From a virus: 26,750 nt of DNA. The stretch is taken from IMG/VR virus record IMGVR_UViG_3300025897_000071. One strand, 5' to 3'. Positions 15,977 to 22,596 of this stretch are shown piece after piece. The position numbers were made by a program, and so were the translations under genes. Under the pieces are notes generated by a model. That model saw only the letters and a list, made by a program, of their open reading frames with translations. It did not search any database and was not told the origin of the DNA. The first letter of the stretch is position 1; the number at the start of each line of letters is the position of its first letter.

Positions 15977-17149
15977 TTATTGGCCCCAAAGGCCGAAAGT
16001 ATGATGTGCGCCTGCCAACTCGGTGTGGATGCCGTAGCGCATTGCATCCATTGCGTGATCCCGGTTTTTGACGGGCTTGTCGAGGAGTTCGCCTGTGCGG
16101 CGGTTCTCATCCCATCGGTATTCGCGCACCTCGTTCAGCAGGTGTTGGCTTGTGCGTGTGATTTCTAGATGGTATCGATTGACGGTATCAATGCCATCGT
16201 TGACGCTCTTATCTGCTGGGTGCGCGTTGAATCCTGCGCGGGAAAGTTCTTCGATTCGTGCGGGTTCTGCCGCATCGCAGTATATGCGGACGCTCTTGTC
16301 TTTGATGAGCGTTTCCATGCGCCGAATCAGATCGGTATTTGTCAGCCCTGATTCATACAGAATCTCATCCAGTCTCATCGCGGTGTCGGCGTTCTGGATG
16401 CCCACTAATGCGGTGGCGTTGTTAAATCCAAAGTCAAGGCCATAGAACGAAGGTTCACACGCCGTATCGGTGACGGTGTAATTAGGGTATACCAGACCGC
16501 GCAGGGCTTCGCCCCATTTGCCCTTCAAATATACCTCGCGGAGGTCTTTGGGTAGCGTCTTCAGTCGCTTGATATATTCATCACCTGCCCACGGATTATC
16601 TACGGCGGTGGTAAATTGGACGTATACATCCTCGGCGTGAGGGCTGTCGCTGTCGGTGCGTTCAGCCAACCAAGTGCGAATCCACTTCGCCAAAACAGTT
16701 GGGTTGAAGGTGAACGTGATCTGCTGCCACCCTTGACCACGCAGGCGCAGGTCGAGCAGTTGCGCGTCGAGCTTGCTGATCTCGGTGGCCTCTTCGACCC
16801 AAATGTCATCTATTTCGGCGATGGATTTGATCTTTTCCGCGTCATCCAGCCCCGCGTGGAGAATGGCCCCGCCTGACGGGAAGTCAAAACGCATCTCTGA
16901 CTTGTGAACACGCACCATATGGGTGCGCTTCATTGCGCTGAGAATGTCAAGAAAGAGTTGAAAGGTAGAATGGCGAAGCGTTCGGGCGGTCTTCCGTACG
17001 ACGAGAATCCTGCGCCCCTCACGGCCTGCCCGTTGGATGATGTTCTGAGCAACAAATACAGACTTGCCAGACCCCGCACCGCCACCGAGAACACGGTAAT
17101 GGCAGGAGGTCTTTGAAGCGGGCAAATATGTTTTGTTGATCTCAATCAC
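15977..17149 (-). CDS. terL: Terminase large subunit
   Basis: 390 aa. Walker A is GGGAGSGKS, followed by RILVVRKT and the Walker B-like DDIWVEEA. The C-terminal nuclease-like region contains DAMRYG. GTG start with a GTGA overlap. Confidence 0.9.
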   Translation of the reverse strand: MIEINKTYLPASKTSCHYRVLGGGAGSGKSVFVAQNIIQRAGREGRRILVVRKTARTLRHSTFQLFLDILSAMKRTHMVRVHKSEMRFDFPSGGAILHAGLDDAEKIKSIAEIDDIWVEEATEISKLDAQLLDLRLRGQGWQQITFTFNPTVLAKWIRTWLAERTDSDSPHAEDVYVQFTTAVDNPWAGDEYIKRLKTLPKDLREVYLKGKWGEALRGLVYPNYTVTDTACEPSFYGLDFGFNNATALVGIQNADTAMRLDEILYESGLTNTDLIRRMETLIKDKSVRIYCDAAEPARIEELSRAGFNAHPADKSVNDGIDTVNRYHLEITRTSQHLLNEVREYRWDENRRTGELLDKPVKNRDHAMDAMRYGIHTELAGAHHTFGLWGQ

Positions 17150-17394
17150 TTTCGTCCAAGTCCACTACATGGATGGTAATATCCCTTCATCAGAACCGTG
17201 ACGCTTCTTCGACCACAAAAAAGGGAATTATGGCTCCATTGCTCGTAGGTGGTTGCATCCACCTTGCGACAGGTAAATAACGGTGTTTCCTCGTATCTAT
17301 ACCAGCCGCCGACTTGTATGTCTTCCCAGTTCAAGCCCTTCGGCGTGGGTGGGTCTTCATATCCCCACATTGGAGTTAATTTCATCTTAATCAT
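17146..17394 (-). CDS. Hypothetical protein between TerS and TerL
   Basis: 82 aa with overlaps on both sides (8 nt and 4 nt). No recognisable motif. Confidence 0.5.
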   Translation of the reverse strand: MIKMKLTPMWGYEDPPTPKGLNWEDIQVGGWYRYEETPLFTCRKVDATTYEQWSHNSLFCGRRSVTVLMKGYYHPCSGLGRK

Positions 17395-17725
17395 CCCCTT
17401 CCGTCCACTTGAACGACAATGGGCTTTCGGCTACGCCTGCGACTTCCTGACGTTCGACATATCCACGATGCTTGCCCTGAGTTTTCAGATAGAAGATGAT
17501 CGCTGTCGGGTTTTCCTTTTGAATCAACGATTGCAGTTTGCCCTCGGCAAAGTCCACCTGTTTGATTTTTTCTTTGTTTATGGCCTCAAAAATATCATCA
17601 TCCCTGTCTTTCCAAGCGTATACGGTGGGTATACTGCACCCCACGCGCTCGGCAATTAAAGAAACGTACCCGCCGCTTCCTTGTACCGCTTTCATGAACT
17701 GCGCTTTTGTGTATTGTGAAGGCAT
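17387..17725 (-). CDS. terS: Terminase small subunit (HTH type)
   Basis: 112 aa. It has the HTH GGYVSLIAERVGCSIPTVYAWK and the C-terminal IIFYLKTQGKHRGY motif common in small terminases. It lies upstream of TerL. Confidence 0.65.
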   Translation of the reverse strand: MPSQYTKAQFMKAVQGSGGYVSLIAERVGCSIPTVYAWKDRDDDIFEAINKEKIKQVDFAEGKLQSLIQKENPTAIIFYLKTQGKHRGYVERQEVAGVAESPLSFKWTEGDD

Positions 17726-17787
17726 CTTTTATACCGTTAAGAGTTTATTAAGCGCATGGATCGGATCTGCCCCGTTTTTTTTAAGTT

Positions 17788-18351
17788 TCAAAGCTCACCC
17801 ATGCTGACTGAAAATGTTGCGCCTTCGTATTTTGACAATATACTTTTAACCTCAGACTGTGCAGATAAAAGGTCAGATTCACTTTCAAATGTGATTTTTA
17901 GTGTTGCAGGCTTATCTTTGTTTTCTGAGACAAGATCAGTCGGCATTTTAAGATCAACGTCGCTTACTTCGTCGAATAGTTCGTCGAGGAAATCATATCC
18001 ACCTAAAAGATCGGCGGCTACCTGCTCCATGTCCCATTGGGCTTCATCGCCTGTGCGGTTGTCATAGTAGGCCAGTTTTTTCTTCTGCTCATCGGTGAGT
18101 CCAGAACGGCGAACGGCAATTATTTCATCACCAGAGGCTTCGATGATTTTCACGCGGTCAATGCCAATCTGCCCAGCTGCTTCAACCGTACCGTTCCCGG
18201 CAAGTATGACCCCGTTTTCGTCGATAACAATCGAACGGGCCGCGCCGACTTGTTGCAACGATTCCTGAATCATAGCCTCACCCTTTGCGGTGCGAACACG
18301 CGCATTATTTGGGTCAAACGTCAGGTCTGATATTTTACTGGTTTTGCTCAT
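17788..18351 (-). CDS. ParB-like nuclease domain (ParB/Srx fold) protein
   Basis: 187 aa. The N-terminus ISDLTFDPNNARV...SLQQVGAARSIVIDENGVILAGNGTVEAAGQIGIDRVKII matches the ParB N-terminal domain layout. Confidence 0.7.
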   Translation of the reverse strand: MSKTSKISDLTFDPNNARVRTAKGEAMIQESLQQVGAARSIVIDENGVILAGNGTVEAAGQIGIDRVKIIEASGDEIIAVRRSGLTDEQKKKLAYYDNRTGDEAQWDMEQVAADLLGGYDFLDELFDEVSDVDLKMPTDLVSENKDKPATLKITFESESDLLSAQSEVKSILSKYEGATFSVSMGEL

Positions 18352-18740
18352 TGCATTAACTCGAAGTGTGGCAGGTCATCGAATCCATTGTTACGGGTAT
18401 CACCGTCTTGATCCCAGTCGTTGCCCCAGCGCATTGCTACGCCCATTGAATGAGCGATGCCTATGATAATCCCAGCAACATAGGTCTGTTGTTGAAGTTC
18501 GTCCCAGTTTATTGGGTACGCCCAAAGATCAACAGCCTTTGATGGTGTCGTGTTGTGCTTTGATTGTCCCGGTCGCGCCTTGCTCTTGCCCAAATCAAAC
18601 AACTGCTGTTGTCGCTCATGTGAGCGGTGGCCCTCATAGCATAGAAAATCTACTACCTTGATGGCTTCAGCAAGTACGTTTTGAAGATCAGGATGCAATT
18701 CGGACAACACGGCTTTGCTACGTGTCCCAAATTTCGGCAT
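18348..18740 (-). CDS. Endolysin, peptidase M15 (L-alanyl-D-glutamate / D-Ala-D-Ala peptidase type)
   Basis: 130 aa. The zinc-ligand pattern is GHRSHERQQQLF ... SKHN...AVDL ... DLPHFEL (H..R..Q, S.H, D, D..HFE). It has no cell-wall-binding domain. Confidence 0.8.
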   Translation of the reverse strand: MPKFGTRSKAVLSELHPDLQNVLAEAIKVVDFLCYEGHRSHERQQQLFDLGKSKARPGQSKHNTTPSKAVDLWAYPINWDELQQQTYVAGIIIGIAHSMGVAMRWGNDWDQDGDTRNNGFDDLPHFELMQ

Positions 18741-19027
18741 CAGTCGTTCGTTTCCGTCTTCGTCTCGCCGTTTTCAGGGAGGAAAATAGCAACGGCGGCG
18801 GCGATGGCTGTGACAACCTGCCAAATGATGTTTGATTCTTCGGCTTCAAGACCGAATAAACCGCCTAAAATAGCTACGCCCGCCCATGAGCTTGCTTCCT
18901 TCAATCTGTTCAGAATTGCTTTCATAACCCATATATGGTTTAAGTTCAAAGTGCGGAGCTTCTGCGCAGGTGCATTTGACGGAACGCGGGCGGGCGGCAG
19001 AATATCAACTTTTTCGATTGGCTCCAT
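18740..19027 (-). CDS. Holin candidate (two TM segments, charged C-terminus)
   Basis: It lies immediately upstream of the endolysin with a 1-nt overlap. The hydrophobic segments are SSWAGVAILGGLFGL and IIWQVVTAIAAAVAIFL, followed by the acidic tail ENGETKTETND. The true start may be the internal ATG at 18925 (MKAILNRLKEASSWAG...). Confidence 0.5.
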   Translation of the reverse strand: MEPIEKVDILPPARVPSNAPAQKLRTLNLNHIWVMKAILNRLKEASSWAGVAILGGLFGLEAEESNIIWQVVTAIAAAVAIFLPENGETKTETND

Positions 19028-19070
19028 CTTTGAAGATAAGAAAGCAAAAGCAAAAAAGCATTTTCATCAA

Positions 19071-19322
19071 TTACAGTTTCCAATCTGGGGAGGTAACTCG
19101 GTAGACGGTGCGCACATGAACGCCAAACTGCTTGGCAATCTCGGACACGCTTGCGCCCTTCCTGCGCCTTGCTCTGATTGCAAGGCAATCCACCATTCGC
19201 AAACTCTGCGGGGCTTGGTGCAGGCGTTCCAGTAAAGTGTACTTATCAAAAATAAAAGATTCCGATTCAAGCGAGATGCACAGATCACCGTCATCGGTAA
19301 TGCTCAACTGGGCTGATCTCAT
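19071..19322 (-). CDS. HTH DNA-binding protein (resolvase/Hin-type HTH), possible late regulator
   Basis: 83 aa. The C-terminal RRRKGASVSEIAKQFGVHVRTVYRV is a classic HTH. ATGA overlap with the upstream gene. It precedes the lysis and structural genes. Confidence 0.6.
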   Translation of the reverse strand: MRSAQLSITDDGDLCISLESESFIFDKYTLLERLHQAPQSLRMVDCLAIRARRRKGASVSEIAKQFGVHVRTVYRVTSPDWKL

Positions 19323-19747
19323 GGCGCAACCTCGGCAATGTATCGCCGTTTGGGATGTACTATTCGCTCAATAGCAGACTTGTACAAAAAGGTGTAATCC
19401 GAATAACCTTCGTGATTGATGCGCTCGGATGCGTTTCGACAGGCGTGGAAGGCGTTGTCATGTCGACCATCTTTGCCGTAGACGCTGAATGCTATTTCGC
19501 TGAACGTGTTGTCGGTGTACTCACGCAGAAGCAGGATAAACACAAAACGGGCGCAGACTAGGTACTCCTGTCTGCCGGGCTTAAGAATAGCGTCAAAATC
19601 AACGCCCGATTCTTCCGAAACGATTTTGATAATGTGCCAAAAAATTTCCTCCTTCATGCGGGGCAATGCCTGATCCCCTTTCTTTTGAAATTGACGCATC
19701 CAATATATCACCGTTCTTGCTTGTCTGATCTTCTGAGCTGTATTCAT
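19319..19747 (-). CDS. DnaA domain IV-like (DnaA-box-binding fold) protein
   Basis: 142 aa. VDFDAILKPGRQEYLVCARFVFILLLREYTDNTFSEIAFSVYGKDGRHDNAFHACRNASERI aligns by eye with E. coli DnaA domain IV ([57 protein letters not shown]). Confidence 0.75.
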   Translation of the reverse strand: MNTAQKIRQARTVIYWMRQFQKKGDQALPRMKEEIFWHIIKIVSEESGVDFDAILKPGRQEYLVCARFVFILLLREYTDNTFSEIAFSVYGKDGRHDNAFHACRNASERINHEGYSDYTFLYKSAIERIVHPKRRYIAEVAP

Positions 19748-20583
19748 TTTGAGTATTGATCGTGTTGTTCACAATAGTTTTTTGTTTGGTACGAATGGGT
19801 GGCTTTGCCGCCGCAGACGCAACAGGATCTTGACTTGGCCACCTTGTCAGTTTCGCCCCATTTCGGCCTTTCCTTTTTCTCGGTCTTTTGCCATTCACCC
19901 ACATCGTCATCAAAGCGATCCTGATTGAACCACGTTGATGGGTGCGGACAAAATGACCCCTGCCCAACTGGTGAGCGAGCGAACAGGGCTACGCGGTTCT
20001 CCATCCATTCGACAGGATCTTCTACGCGGTCGGCGATGCGCTCAATGGCTTTCGTTATGGCTACGAGGGCGGCACGTTTACCAACCTTCTTTGGGTAGTG
20101 CTGATACAATGCTTCAATTTCAGATTTCGACACCTTTTTTCTTTTATTAGAAGCAGAAACAGAAACAGAAACAGAGTCAGATAGGGGGACATTTGTGGGA
20201 CATGATTGGGACGAGTCATTTTCTTTGATTGATTCCCGGTACTTTTTCTTTCTTTCTCGCTCGTATGAGGTACTTTCGTCTTCTCTTTTTCTTCTGCGAG
20301 ATACGAGGGACAATTGTGGTAATGTCCCAGACCTGTCCCATTGAATATCTGCCACACCGTACTTTTCCAACTCCGCAATGGCGCGTTCCATTTCGTCTTT
20401 TTCGACACCTGCCATCTTTGATAATTCGCGCACCGTACCCGTCATTTCATAGGCATTCAATTCGTGCATCGCGCACAAGGATTCTAGCCATACTCCACGC
20501 GCCTCGGCTGACAATAATTTCACCTTTGGGTTTTTGCGCCAATCGCCAACCCACCACTTCATCCAAGGGTTTGAATCTGCCAT
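19744..20583 (-). CDS. Replication organiser-like protein (DUF1376/YdaU-like N-terminus, C-terminal zinc ribbon)
   Basis: 279 aa. The N-terminus is W.KWWVGDW...LSAEARGVWLESLCAMHE (DUF1376 pattern W...GD.....L...E.G.Y..LL). The centre is basic and serine-rich. The C-terminus is CCVCGGKATHSYQTKNYCEQH. Confidence 0.6.
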   Translation of the reverse strand: MADSNPWMKWWVGDWRKNPKVKLLSAEARGVWLESLCAMHELNAYEMTGTVRELSKMAGVEKDEMERAIAELEKYGVADIQWDRSGTLPQLSLVSRRRKREDESTSYERERKKKYRESIKENDSSQSCPTNVPLSDSVSVSVSASNKRKKVSKSEIEALYQHYPKKVGKRAALVAITKAIERIADRVEDPVEWMENRVALFARSPVGQGSFCPHPSTWFNQDRFDDDVGEWQKTEKKERPKWGETDKVAKSRSCCVCGGKATHSYQTKNYCEQHDQYSK

Positions 20584-20594
20584 AATGCTGAACC

Positions 20595-20639
20595 AAAAAA
20601 AAGCCCGACCCCGAAGCAGTAAGGTTACTTGCGGGGCCG
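20595..20639 (-). terminator. Terminator-like hairpin plus T8 in the leader, 11 nt before the replication gene ATG
   Basis: The minus strand reads CGGCCCC-GCAAGTAA-cc-TTACTGC-ttc-GGGGTCG-ggc-TTTTTTTT-ggttcagcatt-ATG. It has a 7-bp outer stem (one G-U) and a 7-bp inner stem with one bulged A. Confidence 0.45.
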
Positions 20640-20743
20640 AGCGAAGAAAGTTGTTAACGCTATTCAGGGAAAGACCTTACCAGACCCAGCGCGTGAAGCC
20701 AATATACACCGCATCAACATAAGATGTAGGGAAAAAAGGGCGG

Positions 20744-20788
20744 TGGGATTTATGGGATTTATGGGATTTATGGGATTTATGGGATTTT
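20744..20788. repeat. Five head-to-tail 9-bp repeats, TGGGATTTA x4 plus TGGGATTTT (iteron-like)
   Basis: Read directly: ggTGGGATTTATGGGATTTATGGGATTTATGGGATTTATGGGATTTTggg. It lies about 160 bp upstream of the replication genes and is followed by an AT-rich, T-rich tract (20850..20910). Confidence 0.9.
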
Positions 20789-20929
20789 GGGTATGACACG
20801 TATTGCGAATAAACGCAACAACTAATCCAGTACATTATTTCGCTATATGGCAGGAATTGGAATGTTTGTTGTTTTTGTTGATTGGTGTTGATTAAATCAT
20901 TTCAATCGCAGGGCTGCAAAGGTCTAGTC

Positions 20930-20962
20930 TGTAACGTGTAATGGGTCGCGTTACACATTACA
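20930..20962. repeat. Imperfect 14-bp inverted repeat with a 5-bp spacer (operator-like)
   Basis: tgtaacgtgtaatg (20930..20943), ggtcg, cgttacacattaca (20949..20962). 12 of 14 positions are complementary. Each arm is itself two copies of the heptamer TGTAA(C/T)G. Confidence 0.7.
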
Positions 20963-21050
20963 AGTTTGGCGTATGTCATATCGCATATGCCACATGACAC
21001 ACTGGCTTTTTTCGTATGAAGGGTGGTGATCTATATATTTGTGTTTATAT

Positions 21051-21079
21051 TTGGTTATTAAATAGTTTCAATGTATTAT
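21051..21079 (+). promoter_or_regulatory. Sigma70-like promoter candidate for the rightward early operon
   Basis: TTGGTT (21051..21056), a 17-nt spacer, then TATTAT (21074..21079). It lies 37 nt upstream of the ATG at 21116. Confidence 0.45.
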
Positions 21080-21115
21080 ACAAATGCAACCAAACAAAAG
21101 GGGTTAAACACGACG

Positions 21116-21340
21116 ATGACGAAGACAGAACATAAAATTTTGAAATCAATAGTTGATACCGGACTAGCACACATATTCACGGGAGGGCTAGGAGCAGTAG
21201 AACGAGGTGGAACAAGAGACTGGAAAGCCGCCGCGCACTTGATCGATTTGGGATTGGTTCAAATCAAACAAGATTTTGTATATATCGTGACGCTTGAATT
21301 TCCTTCAAAGGGTGAAGTATATGTTGACGCGGCAAGATAA
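21116..21340 (+). CDS. Hypothetical early protein (74 aa)
   Basis: The start is moved from 21071 to the ATG at 21116 (MTKTEHKILKSIVDTG...). The 21071 ATG overlaps the predicted -10 element. Confidence 0.5.
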   Translation: MTKTEHKILKSIVDTGLAHIFTGGLGAVERGGTRDWKAAAHLIDLGLVQIKQDFVYIVTLEFPSKGEVYVDAAR

Positions 21341-21417
21341 ACTTTAAAACAACACGACCGCATCGCCTGTGGCCTCATCGGTCACGGGCTTTTCGGGTGT
21401 AACCAAATTGGAGAAAT

Positions 21418-21573
21418 ATGACCACCGTATTTATTGCCTTCATTTACACGCTCGCAATAGTGGGCCTCATGTTTATTGGCGGCACGATCACTTTCTTTGC
21501 GTGGTTCGCCATCAAAGATTCCATTTCAACAATCATCATCAAACGAAATAATGAGCAAGAAAATCAAAGATAA
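21418..21573 (+). CDS. Small hydrophobic membrane protein (51 aa, not in the ORF track)
   Basis: Hand translation gives MTTVFIAFIYTLAIVGLMFIGGTITFFAWFAIKDSISTIIIKRNNEQENQR, with TAA at 21571. GGAGA lies just upstream of the ATG. It replaces the implausible His-rich 21369..21551 ORF in another frame. Confidence 0.45.
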   Translation: MTTVFIAFIYTLAIVGLMFIGGTITFFAWFAIKDSISTIIIKRNNEQENQR

Positions 21574-21730
21574 ATCCAACGATAAGATGGTGGGTCTAAT
21601 GATTCCGCTTTCTGATCTCGAGAAGATTGACGCGGCGGCGCAGGTTGAAGACCGCACCCGATCTGCGTTCTTCCGCGTGTCAGCCCTCGAACGTGCCACT
21701 AAAATCTTGGAGAACAAGAATGTACTATAA
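21551..21730 (+). CDS. Ribbon-helix-helix (CopG/Arc-like) DNA-binding protein
   Basis: 59 aa from the internal ATG (MSKKIKDKSNDKMVGLMIPLSDLEKIDAAAQVEDRTRSAFFRVSALERA). It has the beta-strand plus two-helix RHH pattern. Confidence 0.6.
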   Translation: MSKKIKDKSNDKMVGLMIPLSDLEKIDAAAQVEDRTRSAFFRVSALERATKILENKNVL

Positions 21731-22007
21731 CACCACCAGCGAAATTCTCGGCAAACTCGAATTGCACCGCGCATCTACCATTACGCAGTCGGATCGAATT
21801 TTGGCGTTGTTTCAAACGATTCCTGAACGATCCATTCACGCTTGGCAAATTCAGGCCTGTTTGGGGAGCAAAACACCAATCACTTCTGTTCGTCGAGCCA
21901 TTTCAGACTTGGCAAAGGAGGGAAAATTGGTCTGCACCGGGTCGGTCTATGCTGGGCCATACCAACGCAAGACATACACATATAAATTTTTTGAGGTAGC
22001 GAAATGA
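21720..22007 (+). CDS. Winged-helix DNA-binding protein
   Basis: 95 aa from the ATG at 21720, with GGAG 7 nt upstream. ...IHAWQIQACLGSKTPITSVRRAISDLAKEGKLVCTG... is a wHTH-like recognition helix plus wing. Confidence 0.55.
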   Translation: MYYNTTSEILGKLELHRASTITQSDRILALFQTIPERSIHAWQIQACLGSKTPITSVRRAISDLAKEGKLVCTGSVYAGPYQRKTYTYKFFEVAK

Positions 22008-22306
22008 TGAAGTGCATACGCTGTAATAATCCCGTATCTGGAAATCCCTTTTTCTGCGACGAACATGACGCGGGAGGCAATATCGTTGCCGCAGTCAATG
22101 ACCACCACACATCTCGGTTCAGCGTCCAAGAGGAATACATTCCACATCGCGGGCGCGTATCAGGGCGCGTACCAATGGAGACAATCAAAGCGGCCAAAAC
22201 TATTATGCAAAAACGCAGGGGAGAAGGCCACGACGAAACCATCTCAAATGTATTGTCTGCGGCATTGTCTCAGTACGTCACCCGATACCGCCGCTACAAT
22301 GAATAA
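22004..22306 (+). CDS. Zinc-ribbon plus RHH-like small protein
   Basis: 100 aa. The N-terminus is CIRCNNPVSGNPFFCDEH. The C-terminus GRVPMETIKAAKTIMQKRRGEGHDETISNVLSAALSQYV is RHH-like. GAGG lies 7 nt upstream. Confidence 0.55.
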   Translation: MMKCIRCNNPVSGNPFFCDEHDAGGNIVAAVNDHHTSRFSVQEEYIPHRGRVSGRVPMETIKAAKTIMQKRRGEGHDETISNVLSAALSQYVTRYRRYNE

Positions 22307-22586
22307 CTACCGCAAAACTCCTGAGGAGCAGGAGGCCACGCGCATTGATAATGAATGGTTTGACCAATTCTGTGAGCGCATCAACGAGATGATGGCCAAT
22401 AACCCAGAGGCCGAAACGGTGCGCGAAGTGCCACGACCGAAGAAGTTTGTGGATGATACCGTATGGCCCTGCGCTCACAAGGGTTGCGATCATGAGTTGA
22501 CGGGAGAAGAACGCTTTCCCGGTTGGCTATGCGACGAACACTATTGGAGGCCCGAAAATCGGCGTTTCCGTTGGAATAAAAATTAG
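22299..22586 (+). CDS. Zinc-ribbon small protein
   Basis: 95 aa from the ATG at 22299, overlapping the previous gene by 8 nt. The C-terminus is CAHKGCDHELTGEERFPGWLCDEH. Confidence 0.55.
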   Translation: MNNYRKTPEEQEATRIDNEWFDQFCERINEMMANNPEAETVREVPRPKKFVDDTVWPCAHKGCDHELTGEERFPGWLCDEHYWRPENRRFRWNKN

Positions 22587-22596
22587 GAGAAACAAG

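Noticed and set aside
15964-16110. N-terminal 49-aa extension of the portal ORF in the track
   Set aside because: It would overlap the 3' end of TerL by 134 nt and is Ser/Thr/Ala-rich with no portal-like sequence. The ATG at 15963 follows the TerL stop by 13 nt.
17726-17787. T8 run (17775..17782) with short GC stems between the ParB-like gene and TerS
   Set aside because: The T-run is on the plus strand, where nothing is transcribed rightward. The adjacent stems are only 3-4 bp. On the coding (minus) strand it is an A-run.
18681-19235. 184-aa plus-strand ORF across the holin/HTH region
   Set aside because: It is antisense to three coupled minus-strand genes, with no SD and no motif.
20744-20788. 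CRISPR-like appearance of the short repeats
   Set aside because: The repeats are 9 bp and directly abut each other with no spacers. No cas genes are present.
20752-20796. The 9-bp repeats read as a mini-ORF, ATG GGA TTT x4 then TGG GTA TGA (MGFMGFMGFMGFWV)
   Set aside because: The open frame follows trivially from the repeat containing ATG and having a period divisible by 3. No convincing promoter or context for a leader peptide is present. A DNA-level iteron role is more parsimonious. Ribo-seq could reopen the question.
21369-21551. 60-aa His/Arg-rich tracked ORF
   Set aside because: Its composition is implausible and it has no SD. Another frame in the same interval holds an SD-preceded hydrophobic ORF (21418..21573) that explains the region better.
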